DNA of 64,000 bases from Sphyrna mokarran (taxonomy: Eukaryota). The position numbers and the translations under genes are program-made. Shown here in pieces: positions 1 to 13,548 of the stretch (its first letter is position 1; each line of letters opens with the position of its first letter). Below the pieces are notes generated by a model. The model was not told the origin of the DNA and did no database searches. It worked only from the letters and a program-made list of their open reading frames with translations. Location of the stretch: positions 12,710,001 to 12,774,000 of the forward strand of contig JAGIQG010000036.1 of the NCBI GenBank assembly GCA_024679065.1, written 5' to 3'.

Positions 1-979
1 AAGCTGACAGGCACATTTCACAGTTTCTAAAGTAGGTCATGGGGCCACTTTCCACTCTGTGGTTTAACGGAATGTGCCAGATGTCCTCGTAGCGCTGTCA
101 GTTTGGAGGCCGGCTCACTGAGAACTTCTCTCATTTTCTCCTTGGTGACAAAACTGCCTCTAAACCCCAGCACCTGCCAGCTCTTTGCAGAGAAATGTGG
201 AGGCTGGGCAAAACTGATCATGCATTTTATTTTTATTTAATTATTCTCCCTATTTTCAGTTCTTTTTTCATTCTTCTTTTTGTCTTTCATTGGCCACATT
301 TTCCTTTTTGATTCTTTCAATATTTATTGTTTCTTCAATGCAATCCAGCTTCCTATTTGTCAGTCATTTTATCATTTGTTTCACTCTGTTTTGTTATTCT
401 TTCTTTTTCTTTCACTGCCTTTCATAGAATATTACAGCAGGAAAGGAAGCCATTCGGCCCATCGTTAGTGCATCTGCTCCCGAAAGAAGTACCCAAGTGG
501 TCCCATTCTCCAGTCCTACTTGCATAACCCTTTAAATTCATCACTTTAAAATATGTATCCAGCTCTCCTTTGAAACTTCCAGTGGTATCTGTCTCCACTC
601 CTGTGTCAGGCAGCCCAGTCCAAATCCCAAGCACTCTCTGAGTAAAAATGTACAGGTTAGAGGGATTAGTGGAGTTACATGGATAGGGCTTGGGAGGGAT
701 TGTTGTTGGTGCAGACTTAATGGGCCATTGGCCCTCTTCTGTACAGTAGGTATTCTATGATTCTACGAATCTGTTTCTGTCTCCACAAATGTTGCCAAAA
801 CCGCTGAGCTTTTCTGTTTTTTTTATTTCGGATTTCCAGCATCTGCAGAATTTTGTGATTAGGATTAAATGTGATCTCTACTGCTCCCCGCTCATCATTA
901 TGCAAAGGGCGTAATTTTAAGGACATGTGGATAAATATTTGGACAGATAGCTGGGAAGTTAGGCAGACAAACAAAACAG

Positions 980-1080
980 TCAGGTAGATAGATATATAGA
1001 TGGATAGATAAACAGATGGATGGATAAATAGATAAATAGATAGATAGATAGACAGACAGACAGGCAGACAGACAGACGCA
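980..1080 (+). repeat. (GATA/GACA)n microsatellite
   Basis: Direct observation. Confidence 0.9.
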
Positions 1081-1439
1081 TCGTTTTGTGAAAATAGCCA
1101 GAGGTGACAGGCACAAAGAAAATTTGTGATAGATACAATTCCTGAAAATGTAGATTAAAATATCTCTAAAAAGGGAGTGTGTTATTTGTTGAAATGAAAA
1201 CATTTGCAGGAATATGTGTTCACAGCAGGAGATGAGAGAATGGCCCTAATGGAATGGCTCTTTTCAATGGGAAAGACATGCACACAGGGATTAGTTAGCC
1301 CCTTATTTCCGTAGGAATCTGTGACCAGTGTTGGAAGGTTCAAGGTGAAACAAAAGTTGTGATATGCTTGTCGGTCGCTCGGGACTTAATTCCTTCTGGT
1401 TGTTCAACATGTGGCAGTTAGGGGACATCATATAGATTG

Positions 1440-1790
1440 CTCCAATGTATGCCCAGCCTTCAAGAGAAAAGCGACCAGGACACCACACAACCCTACTTTG
1501 GAAACCTCTGCAAGGCTGCCGGATAGTCAACATGGATATCACCATCACAGATGAGAACATGACTCATCAAGTACACAGTACATGCTCATGTGACTCGGTC
1601 AAAGTTGTCTACCTCATACCTACAAGAAAAGATGTCCCAAGGTGTGGTACGTCGGCGAGACCATGCAGACGCTATGACAACAGATGAGCGGACAACACGT
1701 GACTATTGCCAGACAAAAACTGAAAGCTAAGTTCTGCACGCATGAGGATGGACTCAACCGGGATCTTGGATTCATGTCACACTACAGGTA
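1440..1790 (+). mobile_element. Penelope-like element fragment (GIY-YIG endonuclease region)
   Basis: Frameshifted CSCDSVKVVYLI...WYVGETMQTL motif typical of the PLE GIY-YIG domain. Confidence 0.7.
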
Positions 1791-2835
1791 ACCCCGAACA
1801 CATTTGGTCTGAGTTGCAAAATCCTACTAACTGTCTTGGCTTGAGACTATTACTGTTCATTTAAAAAGTGCCTGCTCTTGCACCTTAAGTGCTGTAAGTA
1901 CTGTAAATTAGAGGGCATGGATTCAATATGGCAAAGTATGATTTGAAAAGGCAGTTGGGTGTCCTCGGGCTGGCATTGACAAAATGGGTTGAATGGCCTC
2001 ATGTGCTGCAACTTTTCTTTTGTTTTGCTATCAGTGACTTTTATACTGGGTGCATTCTGACAGCATTTCTGATGGCTAACATCTAATTTTACGAGTAAAC
2101 GCCTACTAGAGAAAGAAGTTTTCTCCCTATATAACATATCAAAATGTTCAACCAATTTTAGTACTTTGATTTCATCACTCTTAAATCTTCTATACTTGAG
2201 GGAATTGAAAGTGAGGAATGAAAATATTTTGGATGTTATATTTCCTCCCACTCTGTAATTTCAAGTAAATATTTTGACATACTCCCATCAGAGAAATCAC
2301 TTGCACTGGCAAAGCACCATAGAATGGTACTGCACAAATGAAGGTCATTCGGCCTGTCGAGTCTGTGCTTGCTCTTTGGAAGCCCTATCCTGCAGGCACC
2401 ACTTCTTCTACTACCGTATTAATTCAGTCGAATCTTGAATATCTGCAAATTTCTCTGCACTGTTTTGCCTCACTGCTCTAGTGGAGAAAACACAAAATGC
2501 AAGAAAACAGTCAAATAGTACAGGTGTGCAGAGAGAGAAAGCAGTCAAGATTTGAGATTACTGTCTTTTTTTTGAAAAAGAAATAGGTCAAAATATGCAA
2601 CAAGTAAGAAAACAACCTGTTGTGTCGGTTTAAGGTCAAGCAAATCAGAGTGTAACACATCATCTGCAGGAGCCTACACACATTGTCTGTTCCACGAGCG
2701 TGGTTTGCATATGAAAGTAGGTTAAAGTTTGAGGTAGTGGAAACATTAGACTAATAATCCTGGGCTAACAATGTGCAGGTGTGAGTTCTAATCCCACCAT
2801 GATAGATATTTCCACGTTTTTAAACTTCTTTCTTT

Positions 2836-4185
2836 GGATGTTGTATATTTTATGCTATTCAATATTTTATGCTGTAGCAAAGGCCCTTCACCTGTTGTGA
2901 GAATCATGTCGTTCCCCATTTTCACTCTGAATATAATTCCTAATTTCTAGTAACCAATTTTAAGCCATGTACCTACTATTTGTTTCCTACGCTGTGGGGT
3001 TCCTTTATACTCTGCATGTTTTGTGCATTCATGGAAATTCTTGTTTTTCCAGGTAGACCCCATAACCATTGTGCATGTCCTGTGTTGAGGTAACGAACTG
3101 AATTGCTTTGTACAGGTGACAACTGGTAATAACTAAAGGTATAATTTGAATAACGCCTTTTTTAAAACATGTTCATTGTTGAATTACAAGGGTGGGAAGT
3201 GGTTCTGGGAAGAGAATTGAGGTATCTTGTCTGTTTGCATGACTCTGTTAGAATGCCATTTATTGTCCATTGTCCATACCCTGACAAATCGTAAAGGAGG
3301 TAATAGGCCAGTATTTGTCACTCACTCGTAATTGTCCTTGAGAATGTGGTGGTGAACTGCTTTCTTAACCTGCTGAAAGTCCCCCCGAGATGTAGATGCA
3401 CCTACAGCGCTGTTAAGAAGGAAATTCTAGTGTTATGACCGTGCGACAGTGAAGCAAAGGAGATATATTTCCAAGTCAGGATGGTGAGTGACGGAGAGGG
3501 AACCCTCCTTATAGTGCTGTTCCCATGTAACTGCTGCCTCTGCCCTTCGAGAAGGTCCCTGGGTTTGGAAGGTGCTGACTAAGGAGCCTTGGTGAGGTCC
3601 TGCGGCGCATTTTGTAGATGGTGAACACATGGCTGCCATAATTCGTCAGTGGTGACGGACTGAATGTTGTAGAAGCATAGCCAATCAATCGAGTTTCTTT
3701 ATCCTGGATAGTGTCAAAGTTATTGCATGTTTTTGGACTGCACTCATCCACGCAACTGCCCTAACAGAGACATGCAAACAGACATGATACCTCCTTTCTC
3801 TTCCCGGAACCACTTCCTAATAATTCTAATTCAACAATGAACATGCTAATAAAGGCTTTATTCAAATGATATTTGTTTATTACCAGTTGTCACCTGTACA
3901 AAGCATTTCAGTTCGTCACCTCAACACAGGACATGCACAGTGGATATGGGGTCCACCTGGAAAAGCAAACATTTCCGGAAATACACAAAAAATGCAGAGT
4001 ATAAAGAAAGAAATAGTTCCCACATTGCAAGAAACAAATAGTAGACATGGGGCTTAAAATTAGTTACTCGAAATTGTAGGAATTATATTCAGACTGAAAA
4101 TGAGGAACGACATGGTTCTCACAATAAATGCAGAGCCTCAGAAAAGGCAAAAATATTGGATTACATAAAATATAGAAGAACCATA
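2836..4185. repeat. Long degenerate inverted repeat (arms ~2836-3251 and ~3761-4185)
   Basis: For example gtacaggtgacaactggtaataa (3110) vs ttattaccagttgtcacctgtac (3877); arms collinear throughout. Confidence 0.8.
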
Positions 4186-4189
4186 CACT

Positions 4190-7100
4190 CTGACTTGTGC
4201 CTTCGAGTTGTGGGCAGGTTTTTGAGGGGAGGAGGTGAGTTATTCGCTGCAGGATTTCTAACCTTTGATCAAATCTGACCTCCACGGTATTTTATATGGC
4301 TAATACAGTTCAGTGTTTGGGCAGTGGTACCACTCTAGGTGTTGACAGTAAGAATAATGGTAATGCCATTGAAAGTCAAAGGGCGATGGTTAGGTCCTGT
4401 CTTATTGGAGAAAATCATTATCTGGCACTTGTGTAGTGCGAATATTACTTGTGACTTGTCAACCGAAGCTTAGGTATTGCCAGCTCTTTCTGAATTTAGA
4501 CGTGGCTTGCTTTAGAATCCGAAGATTCACGAATGGTGTTGAACACTGTGCAGTCATCGACCAACATCCCCACTTCACGTATGATGGAAGGGAGGTCCCT
4601 GATGCCGCATCAGGTTGATTGGGCCTAGATCATCACTCCTGCAGAGGCGTCCCGCAGGTGAGATGATTGACCTCCAACCACCACAACTATCTTCTTTGTG
4701 CCAGTTATGACACCAACCTTGATTTGCATTGATTACATTTTTTCAAGGGCTCCTTGATGCCATACTCCATCAAATGCTTCCTTGATATTAAGGGAAATCA
4801 CGCTCCCATCATCTATGTCATTCAATTATTTTGCCTACATTTGAATCAAGCCCTTAATGAGTTCAGGAAGTAGGTGACCCCGGCGGAAGCCAGCCTAAGC
4901 ATCCATGAGCTGGTTTTTGTTGTGTAAATGCCACTTGATAGCAATGTTGTTGACCCCTTACGTCAATGTCCTGATGACTGAAATAGACTAGTGGTTTGGT
5001 AATTGGCCTGGTTAGATGTATCCTGCATGTTATCTACAAAGAATACCCGAGCACTGTTCCATATTGCCATTTAAATGCCAGAGTTGTTGTTGTAATGGAA
5101 CAGTTTGGATAGGAGTGTAACAAGTTCTGGAGCACAAGTCTTCAATACTATTTCCGGAATGTTGCCAGGACCCATAGACTTTGCAGAGTCCACGGCCGTT
5201 TCCTGCTATCACGTAAAGTGAATCGAATTGGCTGAAGATTCTGGAGAAGACCGAGATGGATTATCCAATCGGCACTTCTGACTGAAGATTGTTTCAAATG
5301 CTTCACCCTTATCTTCTGCACAGATGTACTGAGGTCCTCCATCCTTGATGATGGGTATATTTGTAGAGCCTCCTCTTCCAGTGAGATGTTTAAATGTCCA
5401 CCACCATTCACGACTGGCTGCAGCAGGACTGCCGTGCTTAGATCTAACTGTTGGTTTTGGAATTAAAAATCTCTCTCCACTACGTGCTGCATTGACTACG
5501 TGGTATGCTAGCTATCCTGTGTTATAGCTTCACTAGGTTGACACAGTCTTGAAACTTTGCATTCCTTGTGGTGTAAGTGCACCCATAGTACTGCGAGGGA
5601 GTGAGTTTCAGGTTTCTGACCCAGCAAAGGAACAGTCAGCGAGATCCTTGTCCATTTGATGGGTGAATTTAAGGCGAACTTGTCATTGGTGGTGTTCCCA
5701 TACGCCTGTTACCTTTTCATTCAACATGATGGAGATGAAAGGTTTGGGAGCTGTTGTCCTACCTGCCTTGGCATACCGTCCATAATGTAGATGGTGCACG
5801 CTTCTCCCACTGTGAATCAGTAGTGGAAGGAGTGAATCATTAAGGGGATGTCCTGCTGGTCAAGATAGTTGATTTGTCTTGGTTGGTATCGAGTTTATTG
5901 ATTGTTGTTTAAGTTGCACTCGTTTGGTCAAATGCAGGATCTGAAGTTTTAAAAATTACATTACAGAAATAGGTCATTGGCTAGGCCAGAATTAATTGCC
6001 CACCCGTATCTACCATTGAGAATGTAGTGACGAGCTGTTTTCTTGAACCTGTACAGCCCATGCCGTGTTAGTAACGGAGATCCAGAATTGACAGTGACGT
6101 AAAGGCGATGTATTTTCAATTCAGGATGAAGTAGAGCGGTATGTGTAGGTCCCCACGTATTTGTCGTCCTCGCCTTTCTAGGCAGTACAATTCATAGCTT
6201 TGGAAGATGCCGCAGGAGGGGCTCAGTGACCTGCCGCAGTGCATTTGTGGATTGCGCACACTGTGACTGCACACCCTCCTGCTACTGTGGGTGAATGGTG
6301 GAAGGAGTAAATGTTGAAGGGTGGATTCTGTGCCAATCAAGAATTCTCCTGGATGGTATAGAGATTATTCTGTTTTGTTGGAGGTGTACTCATTCATACA
6401 ATTGGAGATTACCCATCGTACTTCTGACTTATACCTTGTAGATAGGAGACAGGGTTTAGGGAATCAGGTCGCAGGTAATCGCAGCTCCTGACCCTCCGTT
6501 GTAACCACAGTATTTTGTTTCTGGTTTTCCAGTAAAGTTTCTGGTCAACGGTAACGCGCCAGGGGGAATCGTCGATGGTAATGCCTTTGAATGTCAAGGG
6601 AAGATTGTTGGATTCTCTCTTGATGGAAATGGTTATTGCCTGGACTTTGTGTGGTGCAAATGTTTCTTGTCACTTATCAGCCCAAGCCCGGATATCACCC
6701 GGCTCTCGCCGCATGAAGGTAGAGACCGTTCTAGTAACAGAAAATTGTGAAATCATCAGTTAACAGCCCGACTTATAACTTCATTATAACGGAAATGTCA
6801 TTTATTAAGCGGCTGATTATGGTTGGAAATTGGAACAAACAGAAGGAACGCCGGCAACGAAGAACCGGACTGAGATGAACTTAGAATCCCTACAGTTCAG
6901 AAAGAGGCTGTTCGACCTATTGAGTCTGCATCGACCACAATCCCATCCAGGCCCTACCCTCATATTCGTACATATTTACCCATTAATCCCTCTAACCTAT
7001 ATGTCTCAGGACACTAAAGGCAATTTTAGCATGGCCAATCAACTTAACCTGCACATTTTGGACTGCGGGAGGAAACCGGAGCAACCGGGCGAAGCCCACG

Positions 7101-8030
7101 CAGGCACGGGGAGAACGTACAAACTCTACACAGATAGTGACCCAATTGTGCCAATATTGTCATGGACAGATGGATCTGCGGCAGGTAGATTGGTCCAGAC
7201 AATATAAAAACTTTTCCCTCTCTTGTTAGTCCCCTCAGCAGCTGCAGCAAACTGGGTCCAGCGATCTTTAGAACTCAACCAGCTACCAAGGACTGATGGT
7301 ACCAAGCCTGTCATGCTGATCAGCACTGAAGTTCCCCATCCAGATCACATTTTGTGCCCTTGTCGCCCCTCAGCGATTCCTCCAACTGGTGTGCAACCTG
7401 GAGAACGTGGGGCGGTACGGCAGCACAATGTTTAACACTGCTGCTTCACAGCGCCAGGGACCTGGGCTTGATTCCCACTTTGGGTCACCCTCTGTGCAGA
7501 GTTTGCACGTTCTTCCCCTCTCTGTGTTGATTCCCTCCCACTCCCTCCCTTAGCTGGTTTGACCCGAATAGGTGCCGGACTGTGTCGACTACCGGAATTT
7601 CTCAGTAGCTTAATTACAGTGTTAATGTAAGCCTTACTTGTGACTAATAAATAAACTTTTAACTTAAAGTGTTGTTTCATCAACTGAGGAGGGTGGGGGA
7701 GGGTAATGGTAATCAGCAGAGGGATTCCTTGCCCATGTTTGACCTGTTGCCATGAGACTTCATGGGGCCAAAATCAAACGTCGAGAACTCTCAGGATAAC
7801 TCCCGATACCCATCCCCATCAGCTGATGAATCAATACATCTCCATGCTGCACACCACTGATTCCTTGTAGGTGCTGGGCAATGTTGGAGGCGTCAAAATT
7901 CTTTGGCATATCATTCTCAGTCTCTGAGAGGTAACATCATAGAAATGACTGGTTTCGTACACTTTCCTGATTAATGACAACCCGGAGATTGTAGACATCG
8001 TGGACTCGGTCACAGTCATACCAGTAAGTG
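4190..8030 (-). mobile_element. Cluster of old, degenerate LINE fragments with nested SINEs
   Basis: Similar blocks recur at ~4.2-4.7 and ~6.4-6.9 kb; reverse-complement similarity to the LINE RT remnant at 59-60 kb; V-SINE cores at ~6880-7145 and ~7410-7655. Confidence 0.5.
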
Positions 8031-8689
8031 CAATGTGTGTGTATGTGTGTGTCGGGGAAGGGGTGTGTGTGAATAAATCGATTCTGTTTTGTTGAGATTG
8101 GCACTCCTATGCACAGTCGTTCACGTTGGAAGTCTATTCAGAACTAAAAGGCAATACCAATATGTTAACGCTATAGTTTTGGCTCAATTGCCTGCAATTG
8201 AGTTGCCCCATGTTTCCATCATTTGATGTGGAAAATATTATGTTGCTGATGCTCTGACCCCAGCTCAATTTAAAAAAAAAATCACCAAGTTTTGAAAGAT
8301 TAAAATGGAAACAACAATAAAAAGGAAATGATTAAATGGTATGATTCAGTAATGGATTTTTTTTTTGGCCTTTGGAGCGTTCGTAACAAGTGAAAACTGG
8401 TTTGGGTTAATTTGTTTAAAATAGAACAGGGTCAATGAGAAGAAATAGTTTTGACGGAGCCAATGGAAGGAGCTGTCTGAAAGGATGGAGAAATGGGACT
8501 CAATTAGAGCTGTCCCCGATCTTTTAGATGCAGATTTGAAAGCAGGAACTATGTTGACATTGCGGAGACAGAGCAGGAGAGGATAAGTTTGTGGACTGTT
8601 GTCAAACCCACCATTTAAGATCTAGGAAAACATTTGGATCAAAATATCGAGTACAGTTCATCAATTCAACTCTCTGCCTCTTCCTGTTT

Positions 8690-9235
8690 CTTCAATCTCC
8701 CAACCCCCCGCCCCAACCCTTCTCAACCTCCCACTTCCTGCCCATCACCCTGCCTTTCTCTCAGGCTTTGCTTTCAAACTTGTTTCCTCTCGCGCTCGCT
8801 CTGTCTTTCCTCCACACTGTTTCTATCCCTTTGTCCCACAATTCTGCCTCTCTGTTCCCAATACTTTTTAATCTTCTCATTAATTTTTCCTCTACTTCTC
8901 TCTGTTTGTCTCTTTATCTCTCAATCTGTTTCCTTCAGCCATTCTCTTTTTCTTTCCCACTCACTTTTTTCTATCCGTGTGCCTTTCCATTTGCTCTCTC
9001 TCTCTTTCTTTCTCTCTCTCCCACTCTTTGTATGTTTCTCTTTCTGCTTCTCTCTCTATCACTTTCTCTCCCTATCTATGTCTCTACCGGTCTCTGCCCC
9101 TGTCGATCTGTTGTTCTCGCTTTCTCTTTGTTTGTTATCAGTCTACTCTTGTCTCTCACGATCCTTTTGTTTTTCTCTGTATTTTACTCTCTCTCTCTCT
9201 CTCTCGCAACCTGACTCGCCCTCCCTCTTGCTTTG
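8690..9235 (+). repeat. CT-rich low-complexity tract
   Basis: Polypyrimidine sequence; produces spurious S/L/F ORFs. Confidence 0.9.
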
Positions 9236-9587
9236 TTCCTCACTGGGAACAAAGGAGAAATTTCAGAGGCGCCCTAATGCAGTAGGCTCAGTGTCCATTC
9301 TCATTGCAGGCTGAAAACCTGGAGATATTGAAACTTTGGGAAGGAACGAATGAAGCCGAATTGAATCAAGTGTCCGAGCTGCCTCGTAACTTCTCTTTGG
9401 CACCGGCATGGTGACGTTGGCTAAGTAAAGGGAACGCCCTGAAAATGGTCAAATTATAGGTTGTCTTTGCGATGCCTGCCGTTTCTGTACCTTCTCCACT
9501 GCAAGATAAGGCCCCAAATTCCAACTTTCTGTAACTACTCTGAGTCACAACAACAATCTGAATTTATGTAGCATCACAATCCATATT

Positions 9588-9911
9588 AAACAGGCTGATT
9601 CCCCTGGTCCGCCCTGGTTCTAAGTTAGCTGCTAGGCGCCGGCCGTGGCCAACCGCCCGCCGGAGAGGTAAACAGACAGTGCAGCTGGGGCAATCCAGAG
9701 GAAGGGCCCGGTGCCCGCCCAGAGTCACCACCGCCCCGGAAGGCGGTGCCTCGCCCAGCCGCGACACGCGCCCAGTTCCCCTTTGCACCCCAGCCTGACA
9801 GACCCAGCCTTTAGAGCCAATCTTTATCCCAAAGTTATGGATCTAAGTTGCCCACTTCCCTTACCTACATTGTTCCAATCTCCCAGACACTGTCCATCTT
9901 GGAGACCTGCT
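9588..9911 (-). pseudogene. Decayed 28S rRNA fragment
   Basis: Reverse complement matches conserved LSU motifs GCAGGTCTCCAAG...GGAACAATGTAGGTAAGGGAAGT...GGATAAaGATTGGCTCTAA and ...CTTAGAAC...GCGGACCAGGGGAATC..CTGTTTAAT, with substitutions. Confidence 0.85.
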
Positions 9912-10599
9912 TCCCAGGAGCGTAAGATACTCAAAATTTGACATTGAACCAGCTGAGGAGACATCAGGACAGCTGTTATAAGTTTGATGGGATTTAAGGA
10001 ATCTCTGACAAGAACAAAAAGAGGTTTTGAGAAGGTCCCCTGTTTATTTTAGAAAATAGACTGCCAAGGGCATGCCGGGAGATGGGTACACGAGACAAAG
10101 GAGTAGAAAAAGAACATTCATTCCTGTAAAATCTGCTCCTCCATTCGATAGGTTCCTGGATGATCCACCTAACTCATGGACCAATATTTTTTACTTCGTT
10201 CCTGCTTTGTTTGATAATCCTCCTGTGATGGGCTTTGTGCAATTTTGAAACGTTAAATGCGTGATATAGATTGTAGATGTTGAAGTTATTTTGGTTTTGA
10301 AAGAGGTACATGATGCAGTTTATGATGTGGAACGAGTCTGCCGCATGTGAAAATACAATGAAAATAAGAGCTAGCCCATTCATATGGGGGATTACGAATC
10401 TTTATTCACGTAAAGAGTCTCTGCGTCTCCATTTCTCCACCTCTCATCTTGGCTCTTGTTCACGAATTTTGCATTTCTTCTATGTTCTTCAATTTATCAA
10501 TTTCTATTATTCTATGTCTTATATACATTTCCTTCTCTTTGTACTTATGGTTTGGTCCCGCCCTAAAGTATCACTCTATCTCTCTGTTTATTTAAGGTA

Positions 10600-10890
10600 A
10601 AGTTTATTCATAAGCCACACTTAGGTTTATGTTAACATTGCAATGAAGTTACTGTGAAAATCCCCTTGTCGCCACACCCCAGTGCCTGTTCGGATACACT
10701 GAGGGAGAATTTAGCACGGCCAATGCAACTGACCAGCATGTCTTTCAGATTGTGGGAGGAAACCGGAGAACCAGGAGGAAACCCACGCAGACACGGGGAT
10801 AATGTGCAGTCCCCGCACAGGCATTGACCCAAGCCCGGAATCGAACCCGGATCTCTGAATCTGTGAGGCATTATGTCACCGTGCTGCCCA
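10600..10890 (-). mobile_element. tRNA-derived V-SINE
   Basis: Box B (GGTTCGATTCC) head and core TGCGTGGGTTTCCTCCtGgTtCTCCGGTTTCCTCCCAC. Confidence 0.75.
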
Positions 10891-11269
10891 CTTGCTTACT
10901 TTGCATCTCATTAATTCTCCTACCCTTCCTCTTCTCCAGCCCATATATTGTTAGAATAAACTGTACTGGTACATGCACTTAGTGCATGAAAATTAATATT
11001 TCAGAGCTGTTCCAGCTGCGGACGCGAGGCCCTTATTTGGTAGACGACAGCTCCCTCCTGTGGTGGACTGAAGAAATGTCAATGTTGTGGAAGGGAAACG
11101 AGAAAAATTTACATTCCACAACAACACAAGAAATACAAGCAGGAGCGGACCAATAGGCCCTTCCAGTCTTCCCCGCCATCCATTGTGATCAGTACTGGTA
11201 TATATATTTCCCTATATTCCACTTGCACCGTCAAGCTATTGACACATTCGAAAGGGTTCACTTCAGAGC

Positions 11270-11720
11270 CAGAGAACAAAGAACAAAGAATAAAGAACAA
11301 AGAAGCACGGGAAACAGGCCCTTCGGCCCAATGAGCCCGCGCCGTCACCCCGATGTTCCCACCTCTACCCGTGATCCCTGTCCATGTTTATAGATCTATG
11401 GATTAAAAACCAAATTTGAGACAGTTTAGGGAGAATTTGTTTTACCAATTAGCCTAAGAGCACATCTTTGGGATGTGGGAGGAAACCGGAGCACCCGGAG
11501 AAAACCCACGCAAGCACGGGAAGAATGCACAAACTCCCACTGACACAGGCCCAAATCCATGTATCTGCACAGCACAGCGATAGTCACTGAGCTGTCGTGT
11601 TGCCCATCAAATGGTCCAGGTCAAGCGTACACTAACGACGTGAAGCACTAGGATACTCCCGAAAAAAAATCCAAGAGCAGTCCTCTCACGACCCATCGCG
11701 TGTATGCCCCTTGTTAGACA
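11270..11720 (-). mobile_element. V-SINE variant with atypical head (second copy at ~45975-46421)
   Basis: V core plus CR1-like 3' tail with (TTCTTTG)n; non-tRNA-looking head shared by both copies. Confidence 0.6.
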
Positions 11721-13289
11721 ACAAGGTGGACCAAAGCACCTGTAGGATAAAGACAAGTACATCAATATCATCTTCTATTTACACACTCCCCAGGGACTCC
11801 CAAGGCTCATGATCCGTATTTTAAATCAGTTTTCTATGTCCCTCCATTCCCATTCTGTTCATGTGCCCATCTAAGTATTTCTTAAATAACTCCAGATCTT
11901 AAATAACTCCAGAACTCTCTAAGTTTGTACTGAGCAATTGAAGAATGTTCAGACAAAGGTTACGAAGTACACACAGCAGCACTTTGCATTAACCTTCATT
12001 CTTGACGATGACTTTGGGCTGTTAGAATTTAATAATGACGGTTAACACTGCTGCCTCAAAACGCCAGATATCCGGGTTCAATTCGAGACTCGCTGCCGTG
12101 GGGAGGTAGTAGAAGCTGATACGGTATTGAGTTTTAAGAAGCGTCTGGACGAATATATGAACAGAATGGGAATAAAGCGGTATGGTCCCGGAAGTGTGGG
12201 GGGTTTTAGTTCAGTCGGGCAGCATGGTCGGTGCAGGCCTGGAGGGCCGAAGCTCCTGTTCTTGTGTTGTAATTTCTTTCGTTGCTTGTTCTAAATATGT
12301 GGGGTTTATGGGGATAGGGCCTGGGTGAAGTTGATGTAGGTTTAGGCTAGATGTGCCGAATGACCTCCGTCTAGATTGTAGGAATTCTATGATTCTATGC
12401 TTTTAAAATATTGTTTTCGAAAGGCAACCTGAGAACAGTAACCTGAAAATTCTCCACATGAGGATCCCCGGGGAAAAGGGGAAGTGTTGTATTAGTATCT
12501 GGATCCATTCTATAAAGGATTGTTTCTCTGAAGACTAGAAGGAGGCCAATTAAAAAGAAGGCAAGACCTGGATAAATATAAGCTCATTAGTTCGGAATCA
12601 ATAATCGAAAAGATCCTAAGATACTTATTAAGAATGCAGTATGCAATTATCTGCCTAGACAGAGGAATATACTAATGACACCCAACATGGCATTATATAA
12701 AGATTTGAATCATGTCTTATAAATTGCTTAATTTTTGAAAAGGTAAGCAAAATTGCAATGAGTAAAGGCAATTAGATATTATGTAGACAAGTTTGGAAGA
12801 GGTTTAGTACTGGAAGGGCATTATGGGCACTGCAGTATGAAGATACATATGAGAGAATAGATAAAATAGTGATCTGGAATTAAATGGGAAGCTTTTAGAG
12901 ATCCATGTGGATTTTTTGGGGAGTCTAGTGGCCACCATTGTCCCAGTCAATGATCTGGGTGTTAGTGGTTGCGAGCATCGTCAGTAAACTTGCAAATCGA
13001 TGAGTATCAGGTCTATCGACAATATTCTACCTGTCAGGAGGATCTGGCATGTACAGGTTGTCTGGGATCCTAACTGGAAAATAGTGCTTAATCTGCAAAA
13101 GCATGGTGTTAAAAACGGCGAGAGAGCAGATGCTTCTGGCTGTACGAAGACTCCAAATTACAGAAAACGCATATTGCTTGGGATTATTGGGACAGAGTCA
13201 TCTACTGAGATAATTTTATTTTTGATTCATTTTCTGGCTGGCTGGATGTATAGACGGACGGATGTGTGGGTGCACAGGGGAAGCGGAAA

Positions 13290-13445
13290 TAGATAGATAA
13301 ATAGATAAACAAATAGATAGACAGAGAGAGATAGACAGATAGACAGACAGCTAAACTGATAGATATGTAGGCAAGTAGGTGGATAGAGATGGTGTCGGTG
13401 GGTAGAGAGGTAGTTAGGTACGTAGGTAAGCAGAAAGGCAGACAG
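13290..13445 (+). repeat. (GATA/GGTA/GACA)n microsatellite just past the V1 RSS
   Basis: Direct observation. Confidence 0.85.
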
Positions 13446-13509
13446 ACGAAAAAAGAGACAGAAAGATATACAGGTCAGGTCTCCCACAATTCCTTCCTAT
13501 TTCCTTGGG

Positions 13510-13548
13510 GTTTTTTGTTGAGTGACTGCGTCTCTCTGAGTCACTGTG
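13510..13548 (-). other. 23-RSS of V1
   Basis: CACAGTG-23 bp-ACAAAAAAC. Confidence 0.95.

Noticed and set aside
8591-9314. 207-226 aa ORFs
   Set aside because: Artefacts of the CT-rich low-complexity tract; S/L/F-dominated with no domain.
1-13509. TRBD/TRBJ/TRBC segments
   Set aside because: No GGGACAGGGGGC core, no 12-RSS with FGxGT, and no C-exon translation found by eye; scattered CACAGTG/CACTGTG lack nonamers.
13414-13548. ORF extensions past V ends (HSDSERxSxSTKTPK) shared by several Vs
   Set aside because: Translation of the RSS heptamer/spacer/nonamer, not a protein tail.
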